From an uncultured Mucilaginibacter sp. (GTDB lineage: Bacteria > Bacteroidota > Bacteroidia > Sphingobacteriales > Sphingobacteriaceae): a stretch of DNA of 64,000 nucleotides. The stretch is taken from assembly GCA_964241965.1 (NCBI GenBank), contig CAXTAP010000001.1, positions 264-64,263 of the forward strand, read 5' to 3'. Below are positions 59,230-64,000 of the stretch, one piece after another. The first letter of the stretch is position 1. Each line of letters begins with the position of its first letter. The notes below the pieces were generated by a model. That model saw nothing but the letters and a program-made list of their open reading frames with translations, had not been told where the DNA came from and did no database searches. Made by a program: the position numbers and the translations under genes.

Positions 59230-61644
59230 ATGTTTTTACCGCTCAACCGTTCGCCTCGTCCATTTTTGAATCTGATTGTCCTATGCCTGATCAGCCATCT
59301 GTCTTTCGCGCAAGCCGGCTTAAAAGGGCGGGTTATAGATCCTTCAGGTCATGCTTTGGATGCAGTGACCATCACCTTGTCGCAGCAACAGCGCCGGGTC
59401 AGCACCAACCTGGCAGATTCCGGCCACTTTGAATTGAAGGCTGTACCCCCGGGTACCTATACGCTGACAGGTACGCTCGTTGGTTATCAATCCTTGGTCA
59501 GGACTCTTCTGCTGCCCAGGGACACCGTGCTGCTGCTCATGCAGCCTGATACCAGATTATTGAATGCCGTTACGGTTTCTGCCGGCAGACCCATAATCGA
59601 ACGCCGGGCAGACCGGGTTACTTTTAATATAGAGGGCAGCATAATGGCCAGCGGTACCACGGCCTAGGATGCGCTCAGCAAGGCGCCCGGTGTACAGGCG
59701 CGGCCGGACAATTCCCTGGCAGCAAATGGAAAATCCGTTGAAATCTATGTCGACGGCAAACCGTTGCACCTCTCCGGGGATGACCTTGCCGGTTACCTGC
59801 AGGGCCTGCCCTCAGAACAGCTTGCCCAGTTTGAGATATATGCGACGCCGCCGGCACAATTTGATGCCCAAGGTGCCGCCGTGATCAACATCATTACCCG
59901 GAAAGCAAAGAAGCAGGGGCTGAACCTGACGCTGAACGGCGGCTTTACTCAGGCGACCTACGGCAGCTACACGTCAGGCGCCACCGTCAACTACCGGAGC
60001 GGAAAGCTGAACCTTTACGGCAGCTACGGTTATGTGCACCGCACGCGCACGAAAGATCAGGATGACTATATCATCTTTACCGCGCCCGGCGATACTTCGC
60101 GATGGCAGAGCCCCGGCCATACCGTGTACCGTTCCCAGTCTCATAATTATAATCTGGGCCTGGACTATCAGTTAGGCCCGCATCAACTACTGGGCGTTCT
60201 GCTCAATGGCAGCAACACAGTCCGCCGCAGTACGAGCTTTGCGCCAACGACCGTCACCCATAATGCCCAGCTGCCGTACGACTCCCTGCTGCAGACCCAG
60301 GGATTGATCACCGGCGGCAGCCACCGATATGCCGTTAACGTCAATTATACCCTGCTGCTGGATACCGCCGGGCAGTCGCTCAGCCTGGATGCTGATTATG
60401 TGCCTTACCGAAGCACCAGTGATCAATACGTCAGCAATACCACTTTGCTGCCGGACGGAAGCCAGGCATCCCCGCTGTACGCCATCTATACGCCATCCGC
60501 GCAGCAGATCAATATCTACTCGGGCAAAGCCGACTACACTTTTAAAAAGAGAACAGCCTGGAAACTAACCACCGGTCTTAAATACAGCAGCATACAGGCC
60601 ACCAGTTTGTATAGTTATAATAATATCCGGCAAAGGCAGGAGCAGCCGGTCAGTGATCGTGGTGATCATTATGAATATACCGAAAATACGCTGGCCGGCT
60701 ACCTGATGTTCAACGGTTCACAGGGGGCATTGACCTTCAACGGCGGCCTGCGCGGGGAATATACCCGCATCAGCGGCTATTCCGTCACCTTGGATACCCT
60801 GAACCGCACCCGTTATGTTAAAGTATTTCCGTCGCTTTCTGCCGTTTACCAACAGGATCCGGAAAACCAGCTTTCGGCCACTTATGCCTACCGTATCCAG
60901 CGACCTGAATATTCCCGGTTAAATCCGCTGCGCATTTACAAAACACCGTATAATATCCTGTCGGGTAACCCGGCACTGCTTCCGGCTTTCGCGCACAACC
61001 TGGAAATTTCCTATTTTTACCACCGGCAGTACACCTTTACCGCTTTTTACTCCGCCACGCATCAACTATTCAGTAACGCGACCGTTCAGGATAACGCCAG
61101 CCGGTTATTTTATGATATTCAGCAGAATGTAGGAAGCACAATGCGCACCGGGTTTCGGCTTTCCGCAGCTCTGCAGCCAGCTTCCTGGTGGGAGTTTAAT
61201 CTGCTGGCGGAAGGCTATCTGCAACGGGATCACCTGCGTTATCTGCAGACAGCAGCATTATACCGCAAAGCGGCTTTTGACGGGCAAACCAGCCAGCGAT
61301 TTACGCTGCAGCGGAAGCGGGGCCTGGCGCTGGAGCTTAGCGGCTTTTACTATTCCGATGCCAGTGAAGGCCTGTTCCGCGGCGGTAGCTACTCCGAAGT
61401 GGATGCCGGCCTGAAAATGAACGTCTGGGCAGCGCGGGGAACCGTGAAACTGGCAGCCGCTGACCTCTTTCTGGGCAATACTTCCCGCTACCGTGTCAGC
61501 TATGCCAACCAGAACAACGGATTCTTTCAAAAGAATGATACCCGCAGCCTGACGGTAAGCTTCACTTACCGGCTGGGAACGGCCGTAAAGGCAGCCCGGA
61601 GCAGGGAAACCGCCAGCGAGGAGGAAAGGAAGCGGGTATCTTAA
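59230..61644 (+). pseudogene. TonB-dependent/outer-membrane beta-barrel receptor with an in-frame TAG (59665-59667)
   Basis: CarboxypepD-like N-terminus; GTTA*DALSKAPGV continues in frame into the 59764 ORF (PPAQFDAQG...INIIT); ends EEERKR. Confidence 0.85.
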
Positions 61645-61929
61645 ATCAAATTTAACTGTTATGATGAATAGGAAACAGAAAACAAACTTAAGCTTAATAT
61701 GATTTTTTTTGTATCCTGACGTTAGGTTATGGGCAGCCTTTAAAACCGCAGATATGCTCTTGTTCCGCCCGTTATTGCGTGCTTACACCGCTGCCTTGAA
61801 TGCGGCCGACAGCTGCACCTTGGCCAGCCTTTATAAGGCGAACAGCAGCTTGTATGGGTTCCGATGGCACCTTAATCAACGGCAGCAACTGTATCAAAGC
61901 CTACTATGACGAGGAAATCCGAACGGGTT

Positions 61930-62647
61930 CGTCCTCATATTCGACCGTAGCAATACAGGCATCATAATAAGCTTGACTCAGCTTGTTGCTCTTCGCTATT
62001 TCAATATATTGCTGCCTGCAAATCTGATAGCTATCCCATAGCTATTGCGTCAAATCATCATGCTGCCATCTTCGTACCTGTTCAAAAGTTACTGTATCCA
62101 GCTTGGCCGTTAGCTGAGCGTCGCTTAACCCTTATTTATCCAAAAGCCGGCTGTCCCGTCCACTGTGCAGGTTGGTACCCGTGCCCTCGAGCTACACCAA
62201 ATTGCCGCCCTGATCTTCTTTTGTTCCCAAGCGCATGGGTTGATACAGGTTCTCTACAAAATGATGAACTTCAAGGCGATAGCTTTCTGTTCATGGGTGC
62301 TTACCGGATCTTCCGAAATATTTTTCTGGTTTAGCGTAGCGGCATAGCCATTGGCCGCGGGCAGTGCTATAACGGCTGCTATGAACTGTTCGTGATTCAG
62401 CCCTTTGGCGGGTTGAGAAAGTGCCGGTAGAAGGTTGGCTTATACTCCGGCTGACGTAACGCTTCATCAGCCAGCTTGACGCTTCTGGCATTGATTGACT
62501 TTCCAGCAGGTCCTGCACGGCCGCTTTGGCCTGCGGCGTCAAGCGGCGCTCGGCAATCAGGGCAACCGCCCGGGGGCCGGTGTGCCTCAAGAGATCAATA
62601 ATAGGGCTGCAATGGCAAGCAGTTCAAGTATAAAACATTTTTTTACA
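61930..62647 (-). pseudogene. Degraded S1/P1 nuclease gene (boundaries approximate)
   Basis: LLIS*G / TG-x-RAVALIAERRLTPQAKAAVQDLL...SSW and GGN...TNLHS fragments spread over several frames with stops. Confidence 0.7.
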
Positions 62648-62752
62648 TCGCGTAAAAGTAAAAGGCTGACATTACATATCATTAGCGATGCGTAACAACA
62701 CTGTGGCGTTGTAATATACATGTTTTCAGGTGTACTAAAGCAGTAGCAGTCA

Positions 62753-63424
62753 ATGTCTGTAAGTTCTCTTTCAGCGTACAGTTTGCCTTACCCGAAGCAA
62801 CAGATTCAGAGGTGGGGTCAGCAGAAAAGAGTGACGTTCTGCCTGCGGGTGTGGCGCTGACCATCACCCACGATCTGCCGCATGAAATCCAGCGAACGCT
62901 TTGGGGGGCTGATACCGTGTTATACCCGTGATCTCAGCGCTGTACCATCCTTATTTAATGCCCGGGCGGAAACGCTGCTGCAATTGCCATCCTTCAGAGA
63001 TCTGGTGATGACCCGGCGTTGCCTTATCCTCAACGATGGCTTCTACAAGTTTGACGTACAGGGGGACGAAAGGGTACAATGGGAGATGATTCCGGTGAAT
63101 AAAGAGTTATTTTACAAGGCCGGCCTGTGGACGACCTAACGTAATCCTGAAACAGGTGAACTGATTAACAGCTTTACAATGATCACCTGTGCGCCCGGTA
63201 AGGCCAAGATCAGCCGGGTTCACAAACGGATGCCGATCATTCTTAACAAGCAGGAACGCCGGCTCTGGATGCATGCGCAGGCCACACAAGAACAGTTGAT
63301 GTCGCTGCTCAAACCCTGTAGCGATGATATGTATATGATCGAGGAATATAACCGCAAACCATTAAAAGCACCCAAGTCTGTCAAATCTAAACCTACTCCA
63401 CGTGGTAGCGACAGTCTGTTCTAA
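62753..63424 (+). pseudogene. SOS response-associated peptidase (SRAP/YedK-like) pseudogene (start approximate)
   Basis: WG/LIP split by a frameshift in a G-run; FNARAET; RRCLI-x2-DGFY; AGLWTT*RNP (TAA at 63137); HKRMPIIL. Confidence 0.8.
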
Positions 63425-63630
63425 GCAGCCTCCATCTGGACTGAGCCAGCAAGGCACGACATTTCAGATTCAGGCTCTGCAAGACTATTAACAATAATGG
63501 CTACGAACAGTATGGGCAGGTTACATGCCGTCGGCAATGAGTGAATATGTCGCTTATCTATCAGCGACATAGAGCCCACTATACACTCAAGCCGGAATAA
63601 GTTTAGTAGGTGACCGCATAAAATATAAAT

Positions 63631-63999
63631 TTATTTATGCTTGATCCGCTCACGGTGCTTAAGTCCGAACTCGATCAGGGCACGGATGACCGGCTGCGTT
63701 TCGATGGCATAGGGCGTTAAGGCGTAAGAAACGGTCACCGGCTTAGTGGGGTTCACCGTTCGGGTGAGCAGCAGGTTCCCCTCCAGCTGCTGCAGTTCGT
63801 TCGACAGCACTCTTGGGCTGATGCCCCGTAGTGCTTCCATCAAATCTTTGAACCGTAAGGTACCACGATGATACAGGTACCGCAGGATGGCAATCTTCCA
63901 CTTGCCGCTCAGCAGCTCAATGGCATCGGCGAGCGCCAGCAGCCGCTCAATACCCGGTTCTGGTTCACAAATGAGGTGTTTTGTTTCATATCTACTATC
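63631..63999 (-). CDS. HxlR family winged-helix regulator (start outside the window, or frameshifted)
   Basis: Frame open to the window edge: AIELLSGKWKIAIL...RFKDL...ISPRVLS-x-EL...VSYALT; the ATG at 63989 is out of frame. Confidence 0.85.
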   Translation of the reverse strand, partial: DSRYETKHLICEPEPGIERLLALADAIELLSGKWKIAILRYLYHRGTLRFKDLMEALRGISPRVLSNELQQLEGNLLLTRTVNPTKPVTVSYALTPYAIETQPVIRALIEFGLKHRERIKHK

Positions 64000-64000
64000 C

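Noticed and set aside
61660-61909. Short ORF after the receptor gene
   Set aside because: Weak TTG start and no motif; possibly a decayed fragment, not supportable as a gene.

Overview
This 64-kb window reads like the chromosome of a Bacteroidetes bacterium, probably Sphingobacteriaceae/Mucilaginibacter-like. That is an inference from the gene families, lipoprotein signals and TAnnTTTG promoter boxes. Bases 1-47.8 kb are mostly core and stress genes. They include a light/DNA-repair block with three different photolyase/cryptochrome family members plus TIGR01777, a YbjT-like protein, Dabb, an ABC1 kinase, a HAD hydrolase, TetR and an SDR. Also present are sucA-sucB, glycoside hydrolases, peptidases, lpdA, murB, an ECF sigma factor and a carotenoid cluster (crtZ, crtI, crtB, lycopene cyclase, cytochrome b5). 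A REP-associated tyrosine transposase (RAYT) locus with its own REP palindromes sits next to an AT-rich DUF4062 gene. A second family of GTCAT...ATGAC palindromes is dispersed through the region. From tRNA-Asn (47739) to the window end is a decaying accessory island: defective IS5 and IS481 elements, AraC/SDR/hydrolase genes, LytS/LytTR, and several nonsense or frameshifted pseudogenes. The most notable signals are: (1) a shared AAC-N16-TGT promoter-like motif upstream of photolyase, cryptochrome, carotenoid and stress genes up to 39 kb apart, a candidate ECF light/stress regulon; (2) a Cry-DASH with eroded FAD/DNA-binding motifs; (3) the RAYT-REP/DUF4062 locus. No CRISPR array or rRNA was seen. 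All family calls come from motif recognition by eye, not from database searches.
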